DNA of 64,000 bases from positions 704,001-768,000 of the forward strand of contig OY769902.1 in assembly GCA_963669175.1 (NCBI GenBank). Reading direction: 5' to 3'. The notes beneath the pieces were generated by a model. The model had not been told where the DNA came from. It searched no databases and saw only the letters and a program-made list of their open reading frames with translations. Position numbers and translations under genes: made by a program. The stretch is from a bacterium (GTDB taxonomy: Bacteria > Electryoneota > Electryoneia > Electryoneales > Electryoneaceae). The stretch's first letter is position 1; each line of letters starts with the position of its first letter. Shown one piece after another: positions 28,811 through 37,854 of this stretch.

Positions 28811-30514
28811 CTAAAAATAAGCCGTTTCTGTATAGGTTCCGTAAACGTCTTCCATCACCCTGACCATTTCACCCAGGGTCACATCGGCATGGGCGCAGTC
28901 AATGAGGTGCGGCATCACGTTCGCGCCTTCTACACAAGCTTGTTTCAGCTTTTTCAGGGATTCTTCAGCTTTGATACTGTCTCGTTCTTCGCGCAGCTTT
29001 TTCAGTTTTGCTACCTGCTTGTCGTGTACATCTTCTCCGATATGCAGGATGGGGATATCTATCTTCTCGTCTGCATCCTTAAAGCGGTTTACCCCAACGA
29101 TGATCCGTTCTTTTTTGTCCAGCTCCTGCTGGTGAATATAGGCTGCCTTGGCAATTTCTTTCTGGAAGAAGCCATTTTCAATGCCAGCCACCACACCACC
29201 CATATCTTCGATGCGCCGGATATAGTCTTCTGCTTCTTTTTCCAGCTTATCCGTCATCCACTCGACATAATAACTGCCGCCAAGCGGATCCATGATGTTC
29301 ACCACTCCTGATTCATAAGCAAGAATTTGCTGTGTACGAAGTGCGATGGTAACAGCCTTTTCGGATGGCAGGGCCAGCGTTTCATCCATGGAATTCGTAT
29401 GAAGGCTCTGGGTACCACCAAGCACACCGGCCAGCGCTTCTACTGCCGTTCGCACAATATTGTTTTCCGGCTGCTGTGCTGTGAGGCTGCACCCGGCGGT
29501 CTGGGTGTGGAAACGAAGCAGCCAGCTACGTTCATCTTTGGCGCCGTACCGTTCTTTCATGCGCCGGGAATAGATACGTCTTGCAGCGCGGAATTTGCCG
29601 ATCTCTTCAAAGAAGTCCACATGGCTGTTGAAGAAGTGGGACAGGCGCGGAGCAAAACTGTCTACATCCAGGCCACGTTTCATCGTCTCTTCGGTGTAGG
29701 CGAAACCATCCATTAGCGTGAACGCCAACTCCTGCGCCGCAGTAGATCCGGCTTCACGGATATGGTAGCCACTGATGGAAACGCTGTTCCAGTAGGGCAT
29801 CTCGTTGGTGGCAAATTCAATCGTGTCGACAACCAGCTTAATACTGGGTTCAGGCGGGAAAATGAATTCCTTCTGAGCGATAAACTCTTTCAGGATGTCA
29901 TTTTGCAGGGTGCCGCCCAGCTTGGAACGGTCAATACCTTTTCGTTCCGCAGTAGCGATAAAAAACGCCCAGATAATCGCTGCGGGGCCGTTGATGGTCA
30001 TGGATGTGGTGATTTCGTCCATGGGGATACCATCAAACAGGGTGTCCATGTCCTGACGGCTGCTGATGGCGACACCACATTTCCCAACCTCGCCCAGGCT
30101 TAACGGGTCATCGGAATCATGTCCCATCAGGGTTGGCAGGTCGAACGCGACAGAAAGGCCTGTCTGTCCACGTTCGAGCAGGTATTTGTACCGAGCGTTG
30201 GTTTCTTCGGGGGTGCCGAATCCGGCGAACTGGCGCATGGTCCAGAGCCGGCCACGGTACATCGTGGGTCGAATGCCACGAGTGTACGGATATTCGCCGG
30301 GCCATCCCAGTTTTGCACGGGGATCCCAGTCGTTTTCAGTGAAGTATTCCGGACCAACAATGTGAGGGACTTCTGCGGCTGATACAGTGGTAAATTTGAC
30401 GCCGTCTTTGCGAAAACGGCTTTTGGGAGTATAGGTCTCTTTTTCCCAGCGTTTACGATCCTGTGGAGCCTGTGCCCATCCTTCCCACGCGGGACCGTGG
30501 TTATTCTTTATCAT
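28811..30514 (-). CDS. Acyl-CoA mutase large subunit with isobutyryl-CoA mutase-type signature (IcmA-like)
   Basis: RQFAGFG (Phe where MCM has Tyr) and [11 protein letters not shown] (Gln where MCM has Arg); [18 protein letters not shown]. Confidence 0.9.
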   Translation of the reverse strand: MIKNNHGPAWEGWAQAPQDRKRWEKETYTPKSRFRKDGVKFTTVSAAEVPHIVGPEYFTENDWDPRAKLGWPGEYPYTRGIRPTMYRGRLWTMRQFAGFGTPEETNARYKYLLERGQTGLSVAFDLPTLMGHDSDDPLSLGEVGKCGVAISSRQDMDTLFDGIPMDEITTSMTINGPAAIIWAFFIATAERKGIDRSKLGGTLQNDILKEFIAQKEFIFPPEPSIKLVVDTIEFATNEMPYWNSVSISGYHIREAGSTAAQELAFTLMDGFAYTEETMKRGLDVDSFAPRLSHFFNSHVDFFEEIGKFRAARRIYSRRMKERYGAKDERSWLLRFHTQTAGCSLTAQQPENNIVRTAVEALAGVLGGTQSLHTNSMDETLALPSEKAVTIALRTQQILAYESGVVNIMDPLGGSYYVEWMTDKLEKEAEDYIRRIEDMGGVVAGIENGFFQKEIAKAAYIHQQELDKKERIIVGVNRFKDADEKIDIPILHIGEDVHDKQVAKLKKLREERDSIKAEESLKKLKQACVEGANVMPHLIDCAHADVTLGEMVRVMEDVYGTYTETAYF

Positions 30515-31487
30515 GCCTGATCTCCCGGTAGAACTCCTGTACGAGGGTTTCCGCCAGTCCATAAGGACTTGCCGCCAGTTCAACTCGCTCGATCAACTTA
30601 CTCCTGCGTTCCCTGGTCCAGAATTTTTGTGCAACGGTATCTTCGACGAGACGTTGTGTTTTTTCTGCAAACCGATTGGCGCGACGCTTATCCAATACAC
30701 CAGATTCCTTCAGGTGATCCTGATGTTCTTTGATTGTGACGATAACTTCGTCGATCCCGTCTCCCTGCTCGGCAATCGTCTGGATCACCGGCGGCGCCCA
30801 ACCATCTTCCGGATGCTTCATTTCCAGGATACTTTTCAATTCACGATATGCCCGGTCAGCGCCATCACGATCGCATTTGTTTAAGATAAAAATATCTGCT
30901 ATTTCCATCAAACCGGCTTTCATTGCCTGGATAGAATCGCCCGATTGCGGCACGAGTACAACGATGGTCGTATCTGCCGAATGGGCCACCTCCAGCTCGG
31001 ACTGCCCTACTCCGACCGTCTCAAATAATACCCGGTCTTTTCCGAACGCGTCCATCAGGTCACCGGCCTCGTCCACACCAACCGCCAGGCCGCCAAGGTG
31101 CCCACGTGTCGCCATGGAACGGATGAACACACCGGGATCAAGGAACAGCTTCTCCATGCGAACCCTGTCTCCAAGCAGAGCCCCACCGGTAAAGGGACTG
31201 GTCGGGTCAAACGCTACAACTCCGACCTCCTTCTCCTGCTGCCGATATGCCATGACCAGCTTGTTTACAATGGTGCTCTTACCCGCTCCGGGAGGACCGG
31301 TCAAACCAATCCGCCAGGCATTGCCGGTCAACGAAAACAACTCGTCCAACACCTGGGGCATTGCGGGGTCACGGTTTTCCACATAGGTCAGCAACCGCGC
31401 CAATGCACGTCGGTTGCCATCTCGGAAGTCCTTCAGCAGTGTGCTCTGGTTCTGCAAAGTAGCAGCTCGTAAGATTAAGGGATTCAC
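30501..31487 (-). CDS. meaB: MeaB/ArgK GTPase chaperone of B12 mutases
   Basis: [40 protein letters not shown]. Confidence 0.96.
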   Translation of the reverse strand: MNPLILRAATLQNQSTLLKDFRDGNRRALARLLTYVENRDPAMPQVLDELFSLTGNAWRIGLTGPPGAGKSTIVNKLVMAYRQQEKEVGVVAFDPTSPFTGGALLGDRVRMEKLFLDPGVFIRSMATRGHLGGLAVGVDEAGDLMDAFGKDRVLFETVGVGQSELEVAHSADTTIVVLVPQSGDSIQAMKAGLMEIADIFILNKCDRDGADRAYRELKSILEMKHPEDGWAPPVIQTIAEQGDGIDEVIVTIKEHQDHLKESGVLDKRRANRFAEKTQRLVEDTVAQKFWTRERRSKLIERVELAASPYGLAETLVQEFYREIRHDKE

Positions 31488-31806
31488 GTTTTCGGCAAGC
31501 TATAGTATAAATAAAACAAAGCGGCATGGAAATAGGAATTCACGATAACTGTATTTGAATTTTGAAAATGAACCGTGATTTGGAAAACCATGCTCGATCT
31601 GCTCGACATGCTCTTTTGCTTGTATTACATTGGAATGTTTTACAACCGAAATTGGGACGGGGAATATTTCGGGGTGTGTGAGATTGCGCACTCGGTGGTG
31701 GCGTGATGATCCACACATTGTAAAATCTTATCCCGGTCAAACATTCTCGAAACATAATACAACCGTGCTTTTTCGGTACGGTTTACCCGTTACGAAGGGA
31801 GTGGAC

Positions 31807-32325
31807 ATGAGGTATGCTACTCGTTTGATTCTTGTCTTCGCGTTTCTTCTGGCAATGTTACCCGCTGGCCTGATGGCTGCTGAAACCATTACACTGACGA
31901 CAGATGATGATGTGGAAGCCACCAAGTCAATGATCGACTGGGTCAAGGAGAACGGTTACACAGTCGCGGATGAAGGCGAAACCTGGTTTAAGGTTGAGGG
32001 CTCGATTCTTACCCTGATCCTTATGCCCAAATTGACCGATGGCGGCTTGGACCGTGTCGTTGTCCGCTTCTATTTTATCGTGGACAAAGATTATTCAGCG
32101 AACCATTACAGTGAACTGGTGCAGCACATCATGACACTGAATGGCACCTACAATGTCGGTATCTGGAGTCTCGACGAAGACAAGGATATCGTGTTCGAAG
32201 GCTATATGACCTTTGTCGACAAACTCGAGATCAAAGAGTTTAAAGCCTATCTGAACTGGTACGAATCCGCCATCCAGGAAGTCTTCGGCTCCAATTCTGA
32301 CCTGATGCAGATCCTGGCCGACTGA
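31807..32325 (+). CDS. Exported YbjN-like (T3SS chaperone fold) protein
   Basis: Signal peptide; LN..YNVG.WSLDEDKDI pattern resembling YbjN; GGAG RBS. Confidence 0.55.
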   Translation: MRYATRLILVFAFLLAMLPAGLMAAETITLTTDDDVEATKSMIDWVKENGYTVADEGETWFKVEGSILTLILMPKLTDGGLDRVVVRFYFIVDKDYSANHYSELVQHIMTLNGTYNVGIWSLDEDKDIVFEGYMTFVDKLEIKEFKAYLNWYESAIQEVFGSNSDLMQILAD

Positions 32326-32375
32326 TTTTCTGAAAGGCTACGCCTGGCTATTCAGGCCACAGATGCGATGATTCT

Positions 32376-32405
32376 ATCCCGCTCTCCGGAGCGGGATTTT
32401 TTGTT
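32376..32405 (+). terminator. Rho-independent terminator
   Basis: ATCCCGCTC-TCCG-GAGCGGGAT followed by a T tract. Confidence 0.8.
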
Positions 32406-32773
32406 GGCATAGTCCCGAGCGGGGGTTCAGGGATTGGTCACCTTGTCCCGATGCGCTCAATGTTGCGTCACGTGGCATTGCTTCATCAGAGTATTCCTGA
32501 ACCTGTCCAAGAGGAAGCTATATCACTTGCGGATCGGGCCACCCAACGTATGTAATATCATGTTGTTGAAGTGAAATGTGAGCTTGCCACAGTCCAATTT
32601 TTCCTTTCACAATCCCGACTCACTTTTAGTCGCGTGATAGATTGTCACTTCAGCACAGTATCCAACTTGAAACGATAGTGTCAGATGAAGAGGGGCCCAA
32701 AAACTGGACAGTAGTTTAGTTGATGGTTCCGCCCTACATTGAAGGACCGTAGGTTCTTCGGAAGGAGCGGAAG

Positions 32774-33082
32774 ATGAAGCGATCCCGCAGAAAGTTAACC
32801 GCGCAGTTCAAGGCATCGGTAGCGCTTGCCGCCGTCAAGGGTGACAAGACGATTTCGGAACTGGCCTCGCAGTTCGATGTTCACCCCAACCAGATCGTAC
32901 AATGGAAGAAGCAGTTGCTTGAGCAGGCGGAAGGTCTTTTCGCTGGCAAGCGTGGTGTGCATCAGGATGATACCGCCGCAGAGATCAAGGAGCTGCATGC
33001 CAAGATCGGTCAGTTGACGATGGAACGTGATTTTTTATCACGTGTGCTCGGACCTGGGGCAAGGCCGAGCGTAAAACGATGA
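32774..33082 (+). CDS. IS3 transposase OrfA (HTH)
   Basis: FKASVALAA..G.KTISELASQFDVHPNQI..WKK; LHAKIGQLTMERDFL. Confidence 0.93.
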   Translation: MKRSRRKLTAQFKASVALAAVKGDKTISELASQFDVHPNQIVQWKKQLLEQAEGLFAGKRGVHQDDTAAEIKELHAKIGQLTMERDFLSRVLGPGARPSVKR

Positions 33083-33906
33083 TCACGCCCACCGAGACAC
33101 TCCCGGTCACGAAGCAGTGTGCCTTGCTGTCTGTTCCTCGATCAACGGCGTATTACAGGCCGAAACCGTTGAAGGAGCGAGATTTGACGCTGTTGCGCCG
33201 GTTGGATGAGTTGCACTTGGTTTATCCTTTCGCGGGGTCACGGATGTTGCGTGACCTGTTGCGTGGCGAAGGTTACAAGATCTGTCGGAAGAAGGTGCGT
33301 CGTCTGATGCGTATCCTGGGGATCTATACGGTGTATCCGAAGAAGAAACGCACCAGTCACCCCGCACCGGGACATACGATCTTTCCCTACCTGTTGCGTG
33401 GGTTGACGATTGACCGTCCCAATCAGGTTTGGTGTACTGATATCACGTACATTCCGCTTGCACGAGGCTTCGGATATTTGGTGGCGATCATGGATTGGCA
33501 CAGCCGTAAAGTGCTGTCCTGGCGGCTGAGCAACACGATGGATCACCTGTTTTGCGTGGACGCGTTGAACGAAGCGTTGGCGAAATATGGCGCACCGGAA
33601 ATTTTCAATACTGATCAGGGCGCACAGTTTACCAGCGTGGCGTTTACGTCACGGTTGCAGGATGAAGGGATTAAGATCAGCATGGACGGCAAAGGCCGCT
33701 GGGTAGACAATCGGTTCATCGAGCGTCTGTGGCGATCCCTGAAACATGAGGATGTGTATCTGAAATGTTACGAGACCTTGCGTGAGGCAGAAAAGGGTAT
33801 TGGAGAGTATTTTACATTCTACAACGAAAAGCGACCTCACCAGGCGCTGAACAGTCAAACACCAGATCAAGTATACTGGCAAACACAACGAACAGAAGCA
33901 GCATGA
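33079..33906 (+). CDS. IS3 transposase OrfB (DDE integrase core)
   Basis: [51 protein letters not shown]; ATGA overlap with OrfA. Confidence 0.95.
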   Translation: MITPTETLPVTKQCALLSVPRSTAYYRPKPLKERDLTLLRRLDELHLVYPFAGSRMLRDLLRGEGYKICRKKVRRLMRILGIYTVYPKKKRTSHPAPGHTIFPYLLRGLTIDRPNQVWCTDITYIPLARGFGYLVAIMDWHSRKVLSWRLSNTMDHLFCVDALNEALAKYGAPEIFNTDQGAQFTSVAFTSRLQDEGIKISMDGKGRWVDNRFIERLWRSLKHEDVYLKCYETLREAEKGIGEYFTFYNEKRPHQALNSQTPDQVYWQTQRTEAA

Positions 33907-34370
33907 CCCAAACAGGAACCATCACTTAAAACTGATAAATACATGTCCAAACTACGGGGGCCTCTTCAAGATACATCACGTGTGAGTCGGGCCACCCGGG
34001 TGGTTTTTATGTATATCGAACACGAATAAACAACAAGGACTTCGAGATCCCCGGTCAAGCCGGGGATGACATATGTTGTAGGTTTTTCAGAACAATTCCG
34101 AGCTTTTTATATTTACAGCTATCCAACTTTTTCAACTTTCAAACTTTAGAACTTTCCAACTTGTCAAACTCAAAGAGAGACATGCCTCCCGTGCCATGAC
34201 TTTTGCCATTGGAAGAAACAATTCCCACCCCCGGCGGTGTACTTTATTGCCCCGGCGAGAGACCTGTTGATTCCTGCAAGAATAGTTCAGCACGTTCTTC
34301 TTCTGGTTCATGTTGACTAATTTGTGTACCTTAGCTGGATTGAGACGAAAAACTCTACGGCGACAACATC

Positions 34371-35687
34371 ATGACAGACTCTGCTGCATCAAAGAATACA
34401 GGCAACAACGGAGCAAGCGTGTTCGATTGGGTGTGGAATACCCTTAAATCAATGAAGACAGCCATTATCATCCTGCTGATCCTGGCTGTTGCATCGGTGT
34501 TCAACCTTTTTGCCAACGAATTCATTGTACCGACCGACGGCACAGTGGAAACCGCTGCGCAGGTCTATGAACACAGTTACGGGGGACTTCGTGCCGATCT
34601 GCTCCTCGTCTTCCAGATGTATAACCCCTACCGTTCATGGTGGTACACCGGGATGCTGGGAATATTGACCCTGTCCCTGCTGGTCTGTGTCATCGAACGG
34701 ACGCCAATTGTCTGGCGCAGGATGACCAGACCACGTTTTATCGAAGAGGCGGAACGCTATTCTACCCTGGACCCGCACGTTGTCATTGTTGGCGATAGCG
34801 GCCTGCTGGAACGGGCGAAACAGGCAATTGGAAAGAAACATTATCGTGTACAGACACGTGATGACGGAGAAGACACCATACTGCTGGCCGGAAATCGATT
34901 TGCGTGGGCCAACAGCGGTCCCTGGCTGGTGCATGTGGGATTTATCCTGCTGGTGATTGGCGGAGCGATGATCGCCCGTGGTGAATTGCGCGACCGTGCC
35001 GCTGGAATGCCCGGCGATATGCTGGCCCAGGATGAAAGCCGTTGGGGATTCAACGTCCGTGTCGATGATTTCCAGATCGAATATTACCCGCTTGGTGTTC
35101 ATCAGTGGGTACAGGTTGATCAGAACATGATTGGCCGAATTGTTGAAAAACATGACAACAACACTTTCGACGTGGAAATCATGTCACCTAGTCGTGATTT
35201 CCTGACAGAAGTTCCGGCGGAACGCATTCACAACCATTTTGACATGCGTTCACAAGGTGGCGGACGTCTGGACCAGGGGAACATCTCCGATTATATCGCC
35301 ACGCTGACCGTGATCGAAAACGGACAGGAAATCAAGACCGAACGTGTGGAAGTAAATGCCCCGCTTCGGTATAAGGGATATCGTTTTTACCAGTCCAGTT
35401 TTGATGACCGCAGGCAGGATGATCAGGGCCGCTGGATGACCATCCTGAGTATTCGCAAGGATCGTGGCGCCCCCTTTGTCTGGGCCGGAATCCTGGTCGT
35501 ATCGCTGGGCTTGTTTGCCGGGATGTATTTCATGCCGATGCAAATAGCCGGACGATTGGAAAGAAACGGTAAGAACTGGCGGCTGTACCTGGCGGCGCGT
35601 TCGCCCCAGGGAAGAAAACTCCCGGTTGGAGAGTTCGAGAGTATCATCGAACAGATCGGCGGGACAGTGCAAACGGATAAAACATAA
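34371..35687 (+). CDS. resB: Cytochrome c biogenesis protein ResB/Ccs1 (System II)
   Basis: LKSMKTAIIILL, YRSWWY, SLLVC, LVHVG, VNAPLRYKGYRFYQSSF, DRGAPFVWAG. Confidence 0.9.
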   Translation: MTDSAASKNTGNNGASVFDWVWNTLKSMKTAIIILLILAVASVFNLFANEFIVPTDGTVETAAQVYEHSYGGLRADLLLVFQMYNPYRSWWYTGMLGILTLSLLVCVIERTPIVWRRMTRPRFIEEAERYSTLDPHVVIVGDSGLLERAKQAIGKKHYRVQTRDDGEDTILLAGNRFAWANSGPWLVHVGFILLVIGGAMIARGELRDRAAGMPGDMLAQDESRWGFNVRVDDFQIEYYPLGVHQWVQVDQNMIGRIVEKHDNNTFDVEIMSPSRDFLTEVPAERIHNHFDMRSQGGGRLDQGNISDYIATLTVIENGQEIKTERVEVNAPLRYKGYRFYQSSFDDRRQDDQGRWMTILSIRKDRGAPFVWAGILVVSLGLFAGMYFMPMQIAGRLERNGKNWRLYLAARSPQGRKLPVGEFESIIEQIGGTVQTDKT

Positions 35688-35701
35688 CCTGGAGAATATA
35701 G

Positions 35702-36226
35702 ATGAATAAGAAGGCCGGCATTTTCATCCTGATCCTGGTCGTCGCGGTTGGAGGAATCTGGTTCCTCGGGCAGAAACCGAAGGCCCCCGAACAAACCGCC
35801 GCCCCAAGCAGTTCTGGCGCCATGCCGCCCGGGCATGGGCAGTTCATGTCAACCGAGCTTCCCGAGGTGGACGAGGTGACCATTGATGTGCAGGTCGCGC
35901 CGGAACTAATCGTGGAAGGTGTCACATTGACTCCGGGAAAGACGATCAGATTGCAAGGTTCCGATCTGTCCCTTCGTGCAACAGAATTCTACACTCATTG
36001 GAACTGGGACCAGGGCGCCATCAACCTTTCAAAACACGAGAACAACCCGGCAGTAAAAGTGGAAGTGTTGAAAAACGGCACAGTCCTGTATTACGGTTGG
36101 GCATTCAAGCAAATGCCTTTCTTCCGCATGAGCAGCCATAAGGGTGAAGATGTTGGCGAGCAGCTTGCTTTCACCCTGATGGAATACAAAGGGTTGACAT
36201 GGCCATCCGGTGAGGAGGCAAAGTAA
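35702..36226 (+). CDS. Membrane-anchored periplasmic protein (MPPGH motif, DUF2155-like) within the ccs operon
   Basis: N-terminal TM; MPPGHG; NNPAVKVEV...YGWAF; stop overlaps the ccsA start. Confidence 0.65.
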   Translation: MNKKAGIFILILVVAVGGIWFLGQKPKAPEQTAAPSSSGAMPPGHGQFMSTELPEVDEVTIDVQVAPELIVEGVTLTPGKTIRLQGSDLSLRATEFYTHWNWDQGAINLSKHENNPAVKVEVLKNGTVLYYGWAFKQMPFFRMSSHKGEDVGEQLAFTLMEYKGLTWPSGEEAK

Positions 36227-37539
36227 TGGACAGACCCGATGCACTGTTGTATTCCGTTTCATTCTACCTGTACCTGGCCTCCTTTGCCTCGTATATCCTG
36301 CACATTTCCCTGAAAAAGGACTTGATGGGGAAGTTGGGTACAATCCTGGCCGGGGTTGGCCTGATCCCGCACACCATCGCGTTCGGGATTCGCTGGGAAA
36401 TGAAGGGCAGTGTTCCCCTGGCCAATATGTATGAATACATGGGGATGATGGCCTGGATGGTGGCTGCCGGGCTGGTATACTTCACGTTTAAACAGAAGAA
36501 CCACCGTATTGGTGTTTTCGTTTCCCCGATTGCCGTGATGCTGATGGTCGTGGCCTCCCTGCTGCCTTCCGATGTGAACCAGCAGCTCATGCCTGCGCTT
36601 CAGTCTACCTGGCTGGCGATTCATGTGTCCATGGCTGCGTTGGGTTCGGGAGCCTTCCTGATCTCTTTTGCCGGATCGAGTTTTTACCTGTTGAGCCGTC
36701 CGGTTGGTGACAGTGCAAACGAACGCAAAGCAATGAACCGGCAATGGATGAACTTCGGTATATTCTGGATCGCAGTGCCCTTGGTGGTGGCTGCTCTGCT
36801 GAAATTTACCGGGATCTTGCCTCCCACGGTTGAAATGGCCCAGGGACGGATGATGTCGGGCAGTGGTGTGACAGCTTTTGCCGTAGGAACCGGCGCCAGT
36901 GCGTTGTTCTGGGGACGTTTGGCTATCGGGCTCGGCATCGGCATGATTGTCGGTGGTATAGCCTGGCCGATTGTAAACGGACGTACTCGCGCCGAGGAAG
37001 ACAAGGGACTGGCCGCACGATTCTTTGCAGTATTGACCATCGCCCTGCTTCTAGCGGCTGTTGTCAGCGGATTTGCTATCCAGAGCGGATTTATCCGTGT
37101 TACCCCACGCTCTTACTTCAAGATCTTCGAGTTCTTCGGGCCGACACTGGTCATCTCGTGGATTCTAACCCCGATCATCAACTGGCTACTGCTGCAACTG
37201 GGTGGCGGTATCGGAAAGATCGGCGTGGGACGTGATATCGCAGAAGACATATCCTACAAAGCGGTTGCTATCGGTTATCCCCTGTATACAGTCGGCGCGT
37301 TGTTCGCCGGGGCGATCTGGGCGGAGCAGGCCTGGGGTACCTGGTGGAGCTGGGATCCAAAAGAGGTCGGAGCGCTTATCATCTGGCTGTTCTATACCGG
37401 CTTCCTGCATGCCCGCTATCAACGCCAGTGGAAAGGCGACCGCGCGGCGGCGCTGGTTGTCTTCGGAATGGTCATGGTTTTCATCAGCTTCTTTGGAAAC
37501 TACTTCTTCGGCGGGTTGCATTCGTTTGAAGTGACGTGA
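36226..37539 (+). CDS. ccsA: Cytochrome c biogenesis protein CcsA/ResC
   Basis: PLANMYE, LMPALQSTWLAIHV, GAIWAEQAWGTWWSWDPKE (WWD domain), LHA, GLHS. Confidence 0.95.
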   Translation: MDRPDALLYSVSFYLYLASFASYILHISLKKDLMGKLGTILAGVGLIPHTIAFGIRWEMKGSVPLANMYEYMGMMAWMVAAGLVYFTFKQKNHRIGVFVSPIAVMLMVVASLLPSDVNQQLMPALQSTWLAIHVSMAALGSGAFLISFAGSSFYLLSRPVGDSANERKAMNRQWMNFGIFWIAVPLVVAALLKFTGILPPTVEMAQGRMMSGSGVTAFAVGTGASALFWGRLAIGLGIGMIVGGIAWPIVNGRTRAEEDKGLAARFFAVLTIALLLAAVVSGFAIQSGFIRVTPRSYFKIFEFFGPTLVISWILTPIINWLLLQLGGGIGKIGVGRDIAEDISYKAVAIGYPLYTVGALFAGAIWAEQAWGTWWSWDPKEVGALIIWLFYTGFLHARYQRQWKGDRAAALVVFGMVMVFISFFGNYFFGGLHSFEVT

Positions 37540-37570
37540 TTTTCCGGTTTTATTTCTATCTGTAAATTCA

Positions 37571-37600
37571 AGGCGCGGCGTTGGTCGCGTCTTTTTTATT
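37571..37600 (+). terminator. Rho-independent terminator
   Basis: AAGGCGCGGC-GTTG-GTCGCGTCTT followed by a T tract after ccsA. Confidence 0.6.
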
Positions 37601-37749
37601 GAATTTACAGGATGGAAAGGATATCAAGGATAGACAGGATTGCTTGATCAGGGATGAATCACGTTTGTTAAATCGTTATTTATTTCAGTAGTTAAGCCTT
37701 GCTTTCATCCTTGACATCCTTTATATCCTTGTCATCCTGTACATTCAAT
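37598..37749. repeat. Inverted pair of 9-bp periodic AGGAT/ATCCT tracts
   Basis: ATTGAATTTACAGGATGGAAAGGAT... and ...ATCCTTGTCATCCTGTACATTCAAT are complementary. Confidence 0.65.
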
Positions 37750-37854
37750 CAGCGAGTTCCTTCCTCGAAAGGGTTGACCTGGAATGGTATTTTGCCTGTT
37801 GCCAGTTTGCATGAGAAGCTCTATTTTCCGGGAAACAAAGAAAGCCAGCATGTT

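Larger units (their letters stand above)
32686..33968 (+). mobile_element. Complete IS3-family insertion sequence (1283 bp)
   Basis: TG...CA ends; IRL TGAAGAGGGGCCCAAAAACTGGACA, IRR TGTCCAAACTACGGGGGCCTCTTCA; 3-bp AGA target duplication. Confidence 0.95.

Noticed and set aside
28811-30514. Methylmalonyl-CoA mutase call
   Set aside because: Specificity residues are Phe/Gln, not Tyr/Arg.
37699-37854. N-terminal extensions of several ORFs (ABC transporter, GH3, mnmG, amidohydrolase, TPR lipoprotein)
   Set aside because: They run through repeat tracts, MITEs or intergenic DNA; downstream starts fit RBS, signal peptide or family N-terminus better.
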